Source: Candidatus Aenigmatarchaeota archaeon
GTDB taxonomy: Archaea > Aenigmatarchaeota > Aenigmatarchaeia > QMZS01
Assembly: GCA_003663295.1 (NCBI GenBank)
Contig: QMZS01000001.1
Coordinates: 1-39,900, forward strand
Reading direction: 5' to 3'
DNA length: 39,900 bases
Shown here: one piece after another, positions 23,788 through 33,766 of the stretch
How the letters are laid out: every line of letters begins with the position of its first letter
Position numbering within the stretch: the first letter of the stretch is position 1
Made by a program: the position numbers and the translations under genes
Notes under the pieces: generated by a model
Database searches by the model: none
The model's input: the letters and a program-made list of their open reading frames with translations, nothing else
What the model was told of the DNA's origin: nothing

Positions 23788-26388
23788 CTATATCTTTTCT
23801 GTCTTTATGTGATTTGCTAAATCTATAATTTTGTCCTTTTTTAAATAGACCAACATACCCAATCCAACGATTAAAAGAATAAATAAATCAATCAAATAAT
23901 TTGATTCCCCTGGTTTCGACGAATTGCATATTAAAGAAGTTGGATTGCAACCATATTCGCATGTCTGAACTGCCATCCATTTGTTATCTTTACATTCCTG
24001 CAATATATTCCCCAAACATATCTTGTCTCCTTCATCACATATTTTTTCAGGTATTTCCCGTTCTTCATCCTCCACTTCAATAATAGATTCCCCTAAACCC
24101 TCTGCATAAAATTCCACAGAAGTATCATTTATTAACCCAACATCTTTCTCCCCGAAAACTTCGTAAGTTATAACGATTTCATTTCCTTCGCTCAATTCTG
24201 AATAAGTGAACAGATATTCCGGGTCTTCCTCAACAATTTCTATTGTTGCTCCTAAAGCTGTCACTGTAATTAAATCTGTTGAATTTGCAAATGTTTTTGG
24301 AATTTTTTCATATATCATGAAATTATTCACGGTTTCATTTCCCTTATACTTAAGCTTCATTGATAACCTTGACTTATTTTGCTCTATCTTGAACTCTCTT
24401 GTTGCTTCAAAATTAGATGTAATACTCTCAGATAATCTTAACATATTCTGCCTTGCCTGTTCGCTCATTTTTCCCTTTGCAAGAACTTTCTCAATTGCTG
24501 CTTGCAATTTTGTATTATTTCTCAAACCAACACCGGGAATTAAATCTAATTTCTTTGTTGCATTTTTCAGTTTCTCTTTTTTTGGCGGAGTGTAAGTGCC
24601 TCCTCCTGTAGAACCTCCATTATTATTTCCTCTTTCATCGTTAGCAGCCACATCAGCAATATAATTTGTGTTATTTGAAATATTCATAACATTTCCTGCA
24701 GTATCATTGCACCTCACATAATAGGTTCCTGAACTATCTGAATTATAAGTGAATACTCTTGAATGAATTGTTGTTCCTGATGAATCAAATGTGCCCATAG
24801 AAGAATAGTTTGTCTCATTTGAAATAGTGGTATATCTGCAAACAGCATATTCATCGGTTGTCACTGAAAGTGTTATTGTAACTGTACTGGTTCCTGTGCC
24901 TGAGGTTGCAGTTGATATATTTGTTATTTCAGGTTGCAGGGTGTCATTTACAGTAAAATTGTGGTGGAGCTGCGTGCTCTGGTTGTTTAAATCCGTGCAG
25001 TTTATTGTCAAGTTATAATATCCATTACCTATTTCCCTAAAAATATCTGCATAAATCCCAGAAGTTCCAATCCAAGTTAAACTATCATTTGTTATTGTTC
25101 CATTTTTAATGGTGTCGGTTCCGTTTGTAAGATTAAACCAGCAAAAGTCCTGTTTTGGATTTGCTTCTTTTGCCGTGAAATTAAAGTTAAAATAACTGTT
25201 GGTTACAAGACTCTTATTTACAGGGGTTGTTATATTTAATGTTGGCGATACAGTATCATTACCCAGACCTCCTCCTGACAAATGAGGTGTGTATAGAGTT
25301 ACATTTGTTGATGTATTTAGATAACACATTGTGGTTAAATTAATCTGGTTTGGTCTTAATCCATTTGGGCAATAACCTAATTTGTATATTTCATCTCCAA
25401 TATCATCGGCTATATAAAATACATCCAGACCAGCTACATTCTGGTTAATAAATATACTTGCTCCATTTTCAAAATTGGTTGAATTAAGAAAACTTGTTGC
25501 ATTAATCAATAATACAAAAATTGTGAAGTTTGCGCCTGCGTTTAAACCAGCATTGGTGGCTTGTGTTGAAGAAATATTTACAACAGAACTAAAATCTGTC
25601 TGGTTCCAGTTGGCATCAAGGCCTGTGAAATTGGGAATTGTTATTGTAGCGCCTGTTCCTGAAACATTAAGTTCAAGTTCCAAACTGAGTGTTTTGTTCA
25701 GATATTCCAATCCAGTGAGATTTGTTCCATTATCTGTTTTTAGGACCGCATCCAGAATGTTTGAATCAGATTCTATTGACTCCATCTTTTCTGTTAGATT
25801 TTCCATTGCATTTATTTTGATATTGTAATTGTAATTTATCGCATTGCCTGCGTAATCCACTGCACTAAATTTAAGTATATGGAATCCTGCATCAACCACT
25901 GCAAAGAATGAGTTGATGTTCTCTGAAGTTTCATTAACTATTATTCCTGAATCTATTGAAAGATTTGTAATACTAAGATTAATCTCAGTTACAGTCCAGT
26001 TTATTGTCAGATTTCCATCAGCATTGGTTATCTCAACAATTTCTGTTAAGTTTAATGATTGGTTATTTATATTTACTCCTGAGATTAATGGATTTGTTGT
26101 GTCTAATGTTATTATTCTTGTTTCTGTCCGGTTAATATTCCCAAAAGTATCATTTGCTGTTGCGTTCAGGTAATAGGTTCCATCAAACAATCCTGTGAAA
26201 TTGTGGAAGAATCCTGTTGAACTTGTATATTTGTAGAGTAAATCTGTTGAGTTATATAAATAGATTGTTACTTCATCCAAGCCTGCTCCTGGATCGCTCG
26301 AGGTTACATTTGCCTCCAGGTAATTTTGCGAGTGAGATCCTGGTGCTGTGATTGGGTTTATGAAATCTATTTGTTGCGAAGTTGCATC
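23788..26388 (-). CDS. C-terminal portion of a giant surface protein (Cys-rich module, TM anchor); same frame as the upstream 1665-aa ORF
   Basis: No ATG for the first ~190 codons (the track start is TTG) and no signal peptide. The frame is open from the codon after the TAG at 26391..26389. It ends with a Cys-rich segment (CDEGDKICLGNILQECKDNKWMAVQTCEYGCNPTSLIC), one hydrophobic helix (LIDLFILLIVGLGMLVYL) and a basic tail. N-x-S/T sequons are dense. Confidence 0.6.
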   Translation of the reverse strand, partial: DATSQQIDFINPITAPGSHSQNYLEANVTSSDPGAGLDEVTIYLYNSTDLLYKYTSSTGFFHNFTGLFDGTYYLNATANDTFGNINRTETRIITLDTTNPLISGVNINNQSLNLTEIVEITNADGNLTINWTVTEINLSITNLSIDSGIIVNETSENINSFFAVVDAGFHILKFSAVDYAGNAINYNYNIKINAMENLTEKMESIESDSNILDAVLKTDNGTNLTGLEYLNKTLSLELELNVSGTGATITIPNFTGLDANWNQTDFSSVVNISSTQATNAGLNAGANFTIFVLLINATSFLNSTNFENGASIFINQNVAGLDVFYIADDIGDEIYKLGYCPNGLRPNQINLTTMCYLNTSTNVTLYTPHLSGGGLGNDTVSPTLNITTPVNKSLVTNSYFNFNFTAKEANPKQDFCWFNLTNGTDTIKNGTITNDSLTWIGTSGIYADIFREIGNGYYNLTINCTDLNNQSTQLHHNFTVNDTLQPEITNISTATSGTGTSTVTITLSVTTDEYAVCRYTTISNETNYSSMGTFDSSGTTIHSRVFTYNSDSSGTYYVRCNDTAGNVMNISNNTNYIADVAANDERGNNNGGSTGGGTYTPPKKEKLKNATKKLDLIPGVGLRNNTKLQAAIEKVLAKGKMSEQARQNMLRLSESITSNFEATREFKIEQNKSRLSMKLKYKGNETVNNFMIYEKIPKTFANSTDLITVTALGATIEIVEEDPEYLFTYSELSEGNEIVITYEVFGEKDVGLINDTSVEFYAEGLGESIIEVEDEEREIPEKICDEGDKICLGNILQECKDNKWMAVQTCEYGCNPTSLICNSSKPGESNYLIDLFILLIVGLGMLVYLKKDKIIDLANHIKTEKI

Positions 26389-29300
26389 CTATGTAAACTG
26401 TCTTATTTCACTTAATGTGTTTGCGTAATTGTCCGAGGCATTTACTTTCCAGTACCAGATTCCATCTGTTAAACCTATTGTTTGGTATTGCTGGTTTCCT
26501 GTTGAGGACTGGTTGATTTGGGTAAAATCTGAATTGTTTGAAATATAAATTGTATGGGTCAACGGGTCGTTGTCAGGGTCTGTTGCATTTATCCATCTCA
26601 ATATTGGTTGTATTGATGTGTTTGAGTTATTTGTGTAGGTTAATATCGGCTGGGTTGGCTGAGTGTTTACAACGGTGAAGTTCCATATATCCGTTTGATT
26701 TTCATTTCCTAAACTGTCGTTGAACCACCAGTACCAGTTTATTATTTGTCCTCTTGTTGCGGTTATTGTTTTTGCTTCTGAAATTTCTGTTCCTGATATC
26801 CACGTTTCTGCGGTGTTGTTTGTCCAATGGGTTCCATTGTTGAATGAAAAAATATTATATCCTCCGGCTGCGTTGTCATTTAGAGTGACGTTGAACTGAA
26901 TTGATTGCTGTGTTTTTGCGGTGGATGAATTGGTTTTGTTATTCAACCAAATTGGGGGGATTATATCATCAATATTTATATCAACCGAAGCATTTGCAGC
27001 ACTATTACCTCCATCAGTCTGAGTGGCATTAACAAAAATACTGTTTGTAATATTGTTGCCTAAAGTAAAAGCCGTCATATTAACAGCAAATGAAAATGTA
27101 TTGTTGGGTTGTACCACAGCACCATTGGTTACATTAAACCAACATACCCAACCCAGGCCTGTAGAGCTTTCAGTAACATTCGAACTATTAAATGCAAGAT
27201 AACCACTGTTAAAAGTATCATTTACATTAACCAGAGTAATATTCTGATCATCATTGTTTGTTATATTTATAATATATTCAACAAAATCTCCAATTCCATA
27301 GACCGAATTCAATGCGGTCTTGGTGGCTGTAAAGTTAACTTCTCCCGCGATTGTGCCCGTTCCAGTAACCTGCGGACCAACTCCTGAGAAATGCGGTATT
27401 TTAATCCAAATAACCTTACTTATCATATCTTTGTAACACAAACCTGTTGAAAGATTTTCATCTGTTTCTGAACATACAACTCCAGTCCCATTTAAATAGG
27501 CCTCATATGAATTGTTCAGGTAATCTCTATAATCTTCTAAATTCTCATTATTTTGTATATTTTCTATTGTATCCCCTGCGCTCGCATTCCAGATGGTATT
27601 AAATTCATTATCATACAAAAGAGTAATATTGACAGTTATAATTTTATCTGAAAGAGAATCCGCATAAGGCATACTGATTAAAACTTCATCATATATCTCA
27701 GGACCCTTGCTTCCAAATTTCCATGCCGCTTCCATATCACTGCCTGTAGAATTTTGTGAAAATGCTGCGTCAGGAGGACCGGAAGCAAGCAAATCAGTTT
27801 TTACATAATGAACCGATATATTACCGCTTGTAATCCTTAAACTAATATCCCCCATCAATATTGCCTTTAAAGGTGAAAACTTAGTATCATTCATATCACC
27901 CACCATATTGCATCCCTCCAGTGGATTTGGAACATCACAAGTAGAATTTGATTTATAGAAATCCATCGTTATGGATAATGTTGCATTTGGGTCATCGGGG
28001 TCAAAGGGGTCAAATCTGCTCAAAGTTATATTGCATTCACCATCCTTACATTTTATTGTAGATGTATTGCTTGAACCATTTAACACATTTGCGCTAACCG
28101 GTGCTGAAACAGGCGCATAGCTTTGGGAATATATGGTGAGTTTTTTTATTCCTTCCCCTTCAATTAAAGGTATTGTAAAGGCTCCATTTTGTGAATTAGT
28201 CATCCGCATATATTCATCGCCATCAAGTTCCATTTTTATATCCACAAATGCATTTTCATCACGCAACACACACCCATTATTTATCAGATTAAACCTAACC
28301 GCAGTTGTATTGACAACTACAGTGCTATTCCAATCAGCTGAAATATTATTAGAAGAAATTGTTTTACTCACACCGCCAATCAATTTATTTAAGGTGAAAT
28401 TATATTCAGATACACTAAAATTCTGTCCTTCAGAAGATAATTTAAAATAGTCCAGATAATAGGTATTATTTTTCTCTGCAAAAGCCATTAACATAATATC
28501 AGAATGCGCTTCTGTTGCAGGAAGATAGACCGAATACTCACCTGAAGATTTATTGTAGAAATCATCATATTGTGTATCATTTTTTGGCCATCTATCCATC
28601 TGTCTTAAATTAAATGGTAATATATCCTGATCAAAGATCATATTTCCCGCTCCAAGCCTATAAGGTATGATCCATAAATCAGTTAAATTCATTATGTCAA
28701 CCTTCCCAGTTAATGGAGTTAGGTTCATGGCAGAAGATATAATTGCATCAATAACATGAGTACCATTTTTTATTGTGCAGGTTGCATTAACACCTGTAGT
28801 ACTCAAATCATAACCTGTTGAGTTACAAGTAGAATTAATACTTTCAAAATCAACATAGATTGGGAAAGACGCTTCCGGGAAAATCATTAAAGAATAATTT
28901 CTGTCGCGCGGGGCTGAGAAATATCTTTCTATTGTATTTGAAGAAAATTCGGATGAAACAGGGAATCCCATTTTTTTATCTTTAAGCCCATAACTGAACC
29001 CTATATTTGTCCAGTTAAATTCGGGCTCCCAACCAGGACATTGAGGGCCCGGACAGGTTTCATTAGTATTATTTGGTTCTGACCTATAGTCATGACCTCC
29101 AACATGGATATGGAAAGTTATAGCCGGCTTTAAATATATTTCTGGATTATTCAAACCAGAATCTGACCTTAATTCTGATTCTGGAAGATCGGGCAGACTT
29201 GGTCCTACATACATTGCATAATGATTTTCTGAATCATTATATTTAGTCGCGGTTAATCTGTAAAAAATAGAACCTTCGCCACCTGGACCTCCGGGTCCTC

Positions 29301-31386
29301 CGGGTCCTTCATCTAAAGATGCATTGAGACCAGGCACATTTGTAATATTAAATATCCCATTTTCAAGAGTATTGGCTAAAAAATTACCTAAAATAGTATC
29401 ACCCTGTTGTCCAAAACTTGAAGCAACAATGGAAGCAACAGCGCCACTTAAGGGATTGCCATTTATATCATATATTGTTCCATTATAAGAAAAAGTTGTT
29501 GTTGTAAAAATAGTTAAATTCATGTCATCAATCATATTTTCACTCCCAGAAATAACCTGAAATAAATCAGAACCATATGAATCATTAGAGGATATATTAA
29601 CTACAAAATTTTCTGGTCCTCTGCCGCAGAAAAATGTGCTATTACTCTGATTTGACTGCCAAATTAATTCATCTCCCTCCACACTAAAAGTATAATTATC
29701 TGAAGTGGAATTATTGTAACCATTAAAAGTAAAATTAGAATTTGGCAATATTATGGTAAGATTATCTAAACAAGATTGTTCCCCAGCTTCACGATATATT
29801 GAAAAATTTATCAATTTCCATTGATCTTTTATTAAATAAGGTGAAACAATATTAGATTGCCATTCATTTAGACCCTTCTCCCAATCATCTTCAGGTCCTG
29901 GTCCCGGTCCTTCACCATGAATGTTAAAATCAAATCCCCAATTGTCACTGACATAAACGGTGCCATTTGTTGCATTCACTATTGCAACATTAGAAGTTTC
30001 CATACACTCATCAATTGCTGTAAAATTAACATAAATTGTAATGTTATCGCCTGATTCAAGGGGGGTTCCATTATCAATACTTATCCAGTTTATTTGTCCT
30101 GGGTATATTTCATTAGGCTGCACACTTGCCCATGTATAGGTTATATAAGAGGCATTATAAATATCAGTAAGATTTATTTCAGTAAGGTTTTCAAAACCAT
30201 CATTTGTTATAGTTATAATAAACTGAATGGTGGAATTTATTTCATAAGGTGGTGGTGTTGTGTCTTGTTTGTTTACATTAACAGAAACCTCCTCTCCACT
30301 AGCATTAACTATAAAAGTCCAATTTTCCAACGCGCCTGTATCATTGTTGGACTCGTTTCCAATATCCCAACAAAATACATTCCAGGAATAGTTTCCATTT
30401 GATAAATCTAAGCCATAACCTGTTAATCCATTTGCACCCGCAGTTCCACTATCAACCTCATAACCAGAGCTGTTCCACACAGTTTTTGTGCAATTAGTAT
30501 AAATATTTACAGTAAAATTAAGGGAAAAATAAGATATGTTTATAGTGGAATTATCTTCAGGCGCAAGCAGGGTTACGTTTACAGGGATTTGTTCTTCACT
30601 TGCGTTTACTGTAAAAGTCCAATTACTTTCATTCCCCAAAGCCTCATTTGAACTATTTCCCGCATCAACACAATAAACATTCCAGGAATAATTTCCATTA
30701 TCCATCTCATTTATAATAAATTTCATAAGTCCGCTGCCTGTTGAATTTCCAGTGTCGATTTCTGCACCACTGCCATTCCATACCTGAATGGTGCAATTAG
30801 CCTGAATATTAACATTATAAGTAAGGTTGAAAGTGCTTACATTCATTATAGTTCCATTTTGGGGTGAAAGTAAAGTAATATTGATTGGGGTAAAACCCCT
30901 GGCAATAAATTGTGTTGTATTTACCAAACTCATTGTTCCATTATTGGCATATATTGTGAAATTAAATTCTCCTGACAAATGAGTTGGAACTTGGAAATTA
31001 AAACCAAACCATGCGGTGCCATTTAACTGGTTTGAAGTGTTTGTCCAGTTCAGTAAATTGGTTGTATTTTCAAATAAAGAAGTCCAGTTTGTGTTTTCTG
31101 AACCTATAAAAATACTTGAAATGTTTTCAACACTCCCTGTAGTATTCACAAAGATTTCAGAAACATTTTGATTTTCAGTATTTATTATAAAATTAAATGA
31201 ATATCCCTGAGAAACATTTATTTGAGTCATGTTGTTTGAAGAAATATCACTTCCATCCAAAGAGATATTTGTTATATTGACTGCAAGAACAATAACCGAC
31301 AAACAAATCAAAGTTAAAATAAACAGACCAGAGATTGCCAACTTTTTTGAATTTCTTATTTTTAATCCGCTTAATGAAAACAACAT
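26389..31386 (-). CDS. giant secreted/surface protein, N-terminal portion (1665 aa), with repeated Ig-like/CARDB-DUF11-like modules
   Basis: ATG start and signal-peptide-like N-terminus (KIRNSKKLAISGLFILTLICLSVIVLAV). Very high density of N-x-S/T sequons. Pro/Gly linkers (GPGPGPEDD, GPGGPGGPGGEG). DUF11/CARDB-like segments (FIITITNDGFENLTEINLTD, YIINITNNDDQNITLVNVND). Ends at a TAG. Confidence 0.75.
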   Translation of the reverse strand: MLFSLSGLKIRNSKKLAISGLFILTLICLSVIVLAVNITNISLDGSDISSNNMTQINVSQGYSFNFIINTENQNVSEIFVNTTGSVENISSIFIGSENTNWTSLFENTTNLLNWTNTSNQLNGTAWFGFNFQVPTHLSGEFNFTIYANNGTMSLVNTTQFIARGFTPINITLLSPQNGTIMNVSTFNLTYNVNIQANCTIQVWNGSGAEIDTGNSTGSGLMKFIINEMDNGNYSWNVYCVDAGNSSNEALGNESNWTFTVNASEEQIPVNVTLLAPEDNSTINISYFSLNFTVNIYTNCTKTVWNSSGYEVDSGTAGANGLTGYGLDLSNGNYSWNVFCWDIGNESNNDTGALENWTFIVNASGEEVSVNVNKQDTTPPPYEINSTIQFIITITNDGFENLTEINLTDIYNASYITYTWASVQPNEIYPGQINWISIDNGTPLESGDNITIYVNFTAIDECMETSNVAIVNATNGTVYVSDNWGFDFNIHGEGPGPGPEDDWEKGLNEWQSNIVSPYLIKDQWKLINFSIYREAGEQSCLDNLTIILPNSNFTFNGYNNSTSDNYTFSVEGDELIWQSNQSNSTFFCGRGPENFVVNISSNDSYGSDLFQVISGSENMIDDMNLTIFTTTTFSYNGTIYDINGNPLSGAVASIVASSFGQQGDTILGNFLANTLENGIFNITNVPGLNASLDEGPGGPGGPGGEGSIFYRLTATKYNDSENHYAMYVGPSLPDLPESELRSDSGLNNPEIYLKPAITFHIHVGGHDYRSEPNNTNETCPGPQCPGWEPEFNWTNIGFSYGLKDKKMGFPVSSEFSSNTIERYFSAPRDRNYSLMIFPEASFPIYVDFESINSTCNSTGYDLSTTGVNATCTIKNGTHVIDAIISSAMNLTPLTGKVDIMNLTDLWIIPYRLGAGNMIFDQDILPFNLRQMDRWPKNDTQYDDFYNKSSGEYSVYLPATEAHSDIMLMAFAEKNNTYYLDYFKLSSEGQNFSVSEYNFTLNKLIGGVSKTISSNNISADWNSTVVVNTTAVRFNLINNGCVLRDENAFVDIKMELDGDEYMRMTNSQNGAFTIPLIEGEGIKKLTIYSQSYAPVSAPVSANVLNGSSNTSTIKCKDGECNITLSRFDPFDPDDPNATLSITMDFYKSNSTCDVPNPLEGCNMVGDMNDTKFSPLKAILMGDISLRITSGNISVHYVKTDLLASGPPDAAFSQNSTGSDMEAAWKFGSKGPEIYDEVLISMPYADSLSDKIITVNITLLYDNEFNTIWNASAGDTIENIQNNENLEDYRDYLNNSYEAYLNGTGVVCSETDENLSTGLCYKDMISKVIWIKIPHFSGVGPQVTGTGTIAGEVNFTATKTALNSVYGIGDFVEYIINITNNDDQNITLVNVNDTFNSGYLAFNSSNVTESSTGLGWVCWFNVTNGAVVQPNNTFSFAVNMTAFTLGNNITNSIFVNATQTDGGNSAANASVDINIDDIIPPIWLNNKTNSSTAKTQQSIQFNVTLNDNAAGGYNIFSFNNGTHWTNNTAETWISGTEISEAKTITATRGQIINWYWWFNDSLGNENQTDIWNFTVVNTQPTQPILTYTNNSNTSIQPILRWINATDPDNDPLTHTIYISNNSDFTQINQSSTGNQQYQTIGLTDGIWYWKVNASDNYANTLSEIRQFT
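30289..30888 (-). repeat. tandem duplication of a ~100-aa module inside the giant surface protein
   Basis: aa 167-266 (PINITLLSPQNGTIMNVSTFNLTYNVNIQANCT...GNYSWNVYCVDAGNSSNE...NWTFTVNASEE) and aa 268-366 (VNVTLLAPEDNSTINISYFSLNFTVNIYTNCT...GNYSWNVFCWDIGNESNN...NWTFIVNASGEE) are colinear. Confidence 0.65.
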
Positions 31387-31541
31387 AATATTAGTTTAAT
31401 ATATTTATAATTAAAAGTATATTTTAAAGGATATATGATTTTATTAATAAAAAATAATTAAATATTTTATTAAATTAAAGCCTTGCCGAATTAAATTGGT
31501 AATTGCATCAAATTTCCAATCGCATCAAGTTTATAAAAGTT

Positions 31542-33062
31542 CTATAAATTTTTAAATCTCTCAATAACTCTTTCCCTTCCAATCGCATCAACCAGCATTG
31601 CAATCCTTGGTCCTTGTTTCCTCCCAATCAAAACCTGATAAATTAACTGGAAAAATTCTTTCCCTTTTGGTTTTACAATTCCAAAAATCTGCTGTTGCAA
31701 TTCATCAGTTGAACTATTTTTTTTTAGAAGTTCCATAATTTCTTTTAATCCTTCTCTCTGGTCTTCTGTGATTTCCACTTTATTATCAACAAGTTGAATT
31801 TTAACAGTTTCAGGGGCGTATTTCTCAACCCAATTCTCCACTTTTTTTGACCTTTCAATTGCCAGCTCCAGATCAATTCCGTCCATCTCAATTCCCCTTT
31901 CCTTCATCATCTTTGAAATATAATTTTTCAGTTCTGATTTTTGAACAACCTGAACTAATAAAACAAGTTCTGAAAAAGAAACTCTTTTTGGACAAGTTTT
32001 ATACTCTTTGATTCTTACTAATTCATATTTTCTTTTTAAATCCTCATCAGTTTCTTCAAGACCAAAATAAATTCTCTCGCACTTGTCAAACTCATTGTAA
32101 ATATTGTAAACATCCAAATCAAACGGAATAAATATTGTTTTATTTAATCTCTGCGCATAAATAAATCTTACAACTTCGGGTTCATAGATTTCAAGCAACT
32201 GCGAAACTGTCGCTATGTTTCCCTTTGAACTTGACATCTTTTCCTTCTGTCCTTTCAAATGAATGAATTCGTACATTGGACCAACTGGAGGATTATAACC
32301 AAAAATTTCTTTTGAAATTAAAACTCCTGTGTCCCACGAACCTCCTTTTGATTTGTGGTCTTTTCCAGAACTCTCAAAGTCAACTCCATAATAAGCCCAT
32401 CTTGCGGGCCAGTCCACCCTCCATTTAATATTCACAACATTGGTAACTTCCCTAAAATCAATCTCGTTTTCATTTCCGCAGGAACAGGTGTAAGATATTT
32501 TATAACCTCCAAGATATTCTATTTTTGTAAAATCCTTCCCGCATTTTTCGCAATAAGCTCCCACCGGAACCCAGCCATCAGCCAAAGGTTCTTTCCTAAA
32601 TTTATTAAGAAGCTCTTTTATTTTTTCTGTTTTTTCCAGAGCAATTTTTATATTCTCCGCGAAAGTTCCTTTCCCATATAACTCCGCGGCTCTCAGATAA
32701 ACAGGTTCTATATTTAATTGTTTCATCTCCTGAATTATCAAAGACTCAAAATGTTCTGCGTAAGAATTATGGCATCCCCAAGGGTCGGGAACTGCGCTCA
32801 GAGGCATTCCCAAATATTTCTCAAATTCTTCAGGAACTCCTTTAGGAACTTTCCTGAATCTATCAAAATCATCCCAAATATACAAAAACTTCGCAGATTT
32901 GCCTGATTTCAAAATTGACTGATAAACAAAATATTGGGTCATTATTTCCCTTGCATTCCCTATATGAACCACTCCTGAAGGGGTAATACCGCTCTCTACA
33001 ATATAATCTTCCTTAGCTCCTCGTTCTATAACCTGCTTCGCAAAATTATCCGCCCAGTGCAT
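31542..33062 (-). CDS. lysK: class I lysyl-tRNA synthetase
   Basis: MHWADNFAKQVIERG...ESGITPSGVVHIGNAREIMT (HIGN in place of HIGH), KMSSSKGN (KMSKS loop). About 500 aa, matching archaeal LysK. Confidence 0.9.
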   Translation of the reverse strand: MHWADNFAKQVIERGAKEDYIVESGITPSGVVHIGNAREIMTQYFVYQSILKSGKSAKFLYIWDDFDRFRKVPKGVPEEFEKYLGMPLSAVPDPWGCHNSYAEHFESLIIQEMKQLNIEPVYLRAAELYGKGTFAENIKIALEKTEKIKELLNKFRKEPLADGWVPVGAYCEKCGKDFTKIEYLGGYKISYTCSCGNENEIDFREVTNVVNIKWRVDWPARWAYYGVDFESSGKDHKSKGGSWDTGVLISKEIFGYNPPVGPMYEFIHLKGQKEKMSSSKGNIATVSQLLEIYEPEVVRFIYAQRLNKTIFIPFDLDVYNIYNEFDKCERIYFGLEETDEDLKRKYELVRIKEYKTCPKRVSFSELVLLVQVVQKSELKNYISKMMKERGIEMDGIDLELAIERSKKVENWVEKYAPETVKIQLVDNKVEITEDQREGLKEIMELLKKNSSTDELQQQIFGIVKPKGKEFFQLIYQVLIGRKQGPRIAMLVDAIGRERVIERFKNL

Positions 33063-33345
33063 AAATTTATCTAATAATTATAAACTCCTCAATATTTATT
33101 TACATTTATTATTGAGTTCTATTTTTTCCGAGAGAATGGATTGAATTATGTGGAAATATCTTCTGCATTCCATATTTCAAACATGAATGTGTCAAATTCT
33201 CCTTATTTTCCTGTTTTCAAAGACAATAATTTTGCATTTTTTATCTATTTTATGACCAATTTATAATTTCAATATTTTTAAACATGAGTCTATAAATTTT
33301 CCGTTAGTTTCTGCGACTTAAAAATATATAGCTTACAAGCTTATC

Positions 33346-33729
33346 TCAATACACTCCTCCGCTAAACCAGATATTTCTTGCTTCTTCTACTTCTGATTTA
33401 TTCACCTCATTGGAATCAGCTTTCCATCTGGCTATGAATGACATTAGTTCGGGCATGTCAATTAGATTGTCATGGTTGGTGTCTGCTTTGTGCCCGCTAC
33501 CAATTGAAAAAGTAATATTCCAGTCATTTTCATTGTAATAGCCGTCAGTGGAATTGCATCTTATGTAATAGATATAAGTATGGGTGTTTTCCAAGTCAGT
33601 AACCAAAGTAGAATGATTTGTTGAGTTGGTGTTTGTGAAATTGAATTCCAGGTCTGTATAATTTGTGTTTGAGATATTGGAATATCGGCAGGTTGCGTTG
33701 ATATTTGTTGTCAAGGATTCTAAAATCAC
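33346..33729 (-). CDS. orphan surface-protein module with C-terminal EF-hand/dockerin-like segment (possible gene remnant)
   Basis: GTG start only, no signal peptide. Contains the module TCRYSNISNTNY...YIYYIRCNSTDG, also present in the giant protein (VCRYTTISNETNY...TYYVRCNDTAGN). The C-terminus DTNHDNLIDMPEL fits a 12-residue Ca-binding loop (D1,N3,D5,I8,D9,E12) as in dockerin/EF-hand repeats. Confidence 0.45.
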   Translation of the reverse strand: MILESLTTNINATCRYSNISNTNYTDLEFNFTNTNSTNHSTLVTDLENTHTYIYYIRCNSTDGYYNENDWNITFSIGSGHKADTNHDNLIDMPELMSFIARWKADSNEVNKSEVEEARNIWFSGGVY

Positions 33730-33766
33730 AACAGTATACTGATAAGCTGCATTATATTCATCATCG

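Noticed and set aside
29279-29309. Short GGN/CCN tandem-repeat tract (cacctggacctccgggtcctccgggtcc); a similar one lies at ~29888-29912.
   Set aside because: These lie in frame inside the giant surface-protein gene and encode Pro/Gly linkers (GPGGPGGPGGEG, GPGPGPEDD). They are not a CRISPR-like or regulatory repeat.
33063-33345. Unusually long (283 nt) non-coding stretch upstream of lysK, with a 7-bp inverted repeat (CTCAATA...TATTGAG) and a 25-codon minus-strand ORF (MECRRYFHIIQSILSEKIELNNKCK).
   Set aside because: The ORF is tiny and featureless. The inverted repeat is short and AT-rich. Nothing distinguishes the region from decayed spacer, although together with 33730-33933 it suggests eroded DNA around the tRNA-Arg gene.
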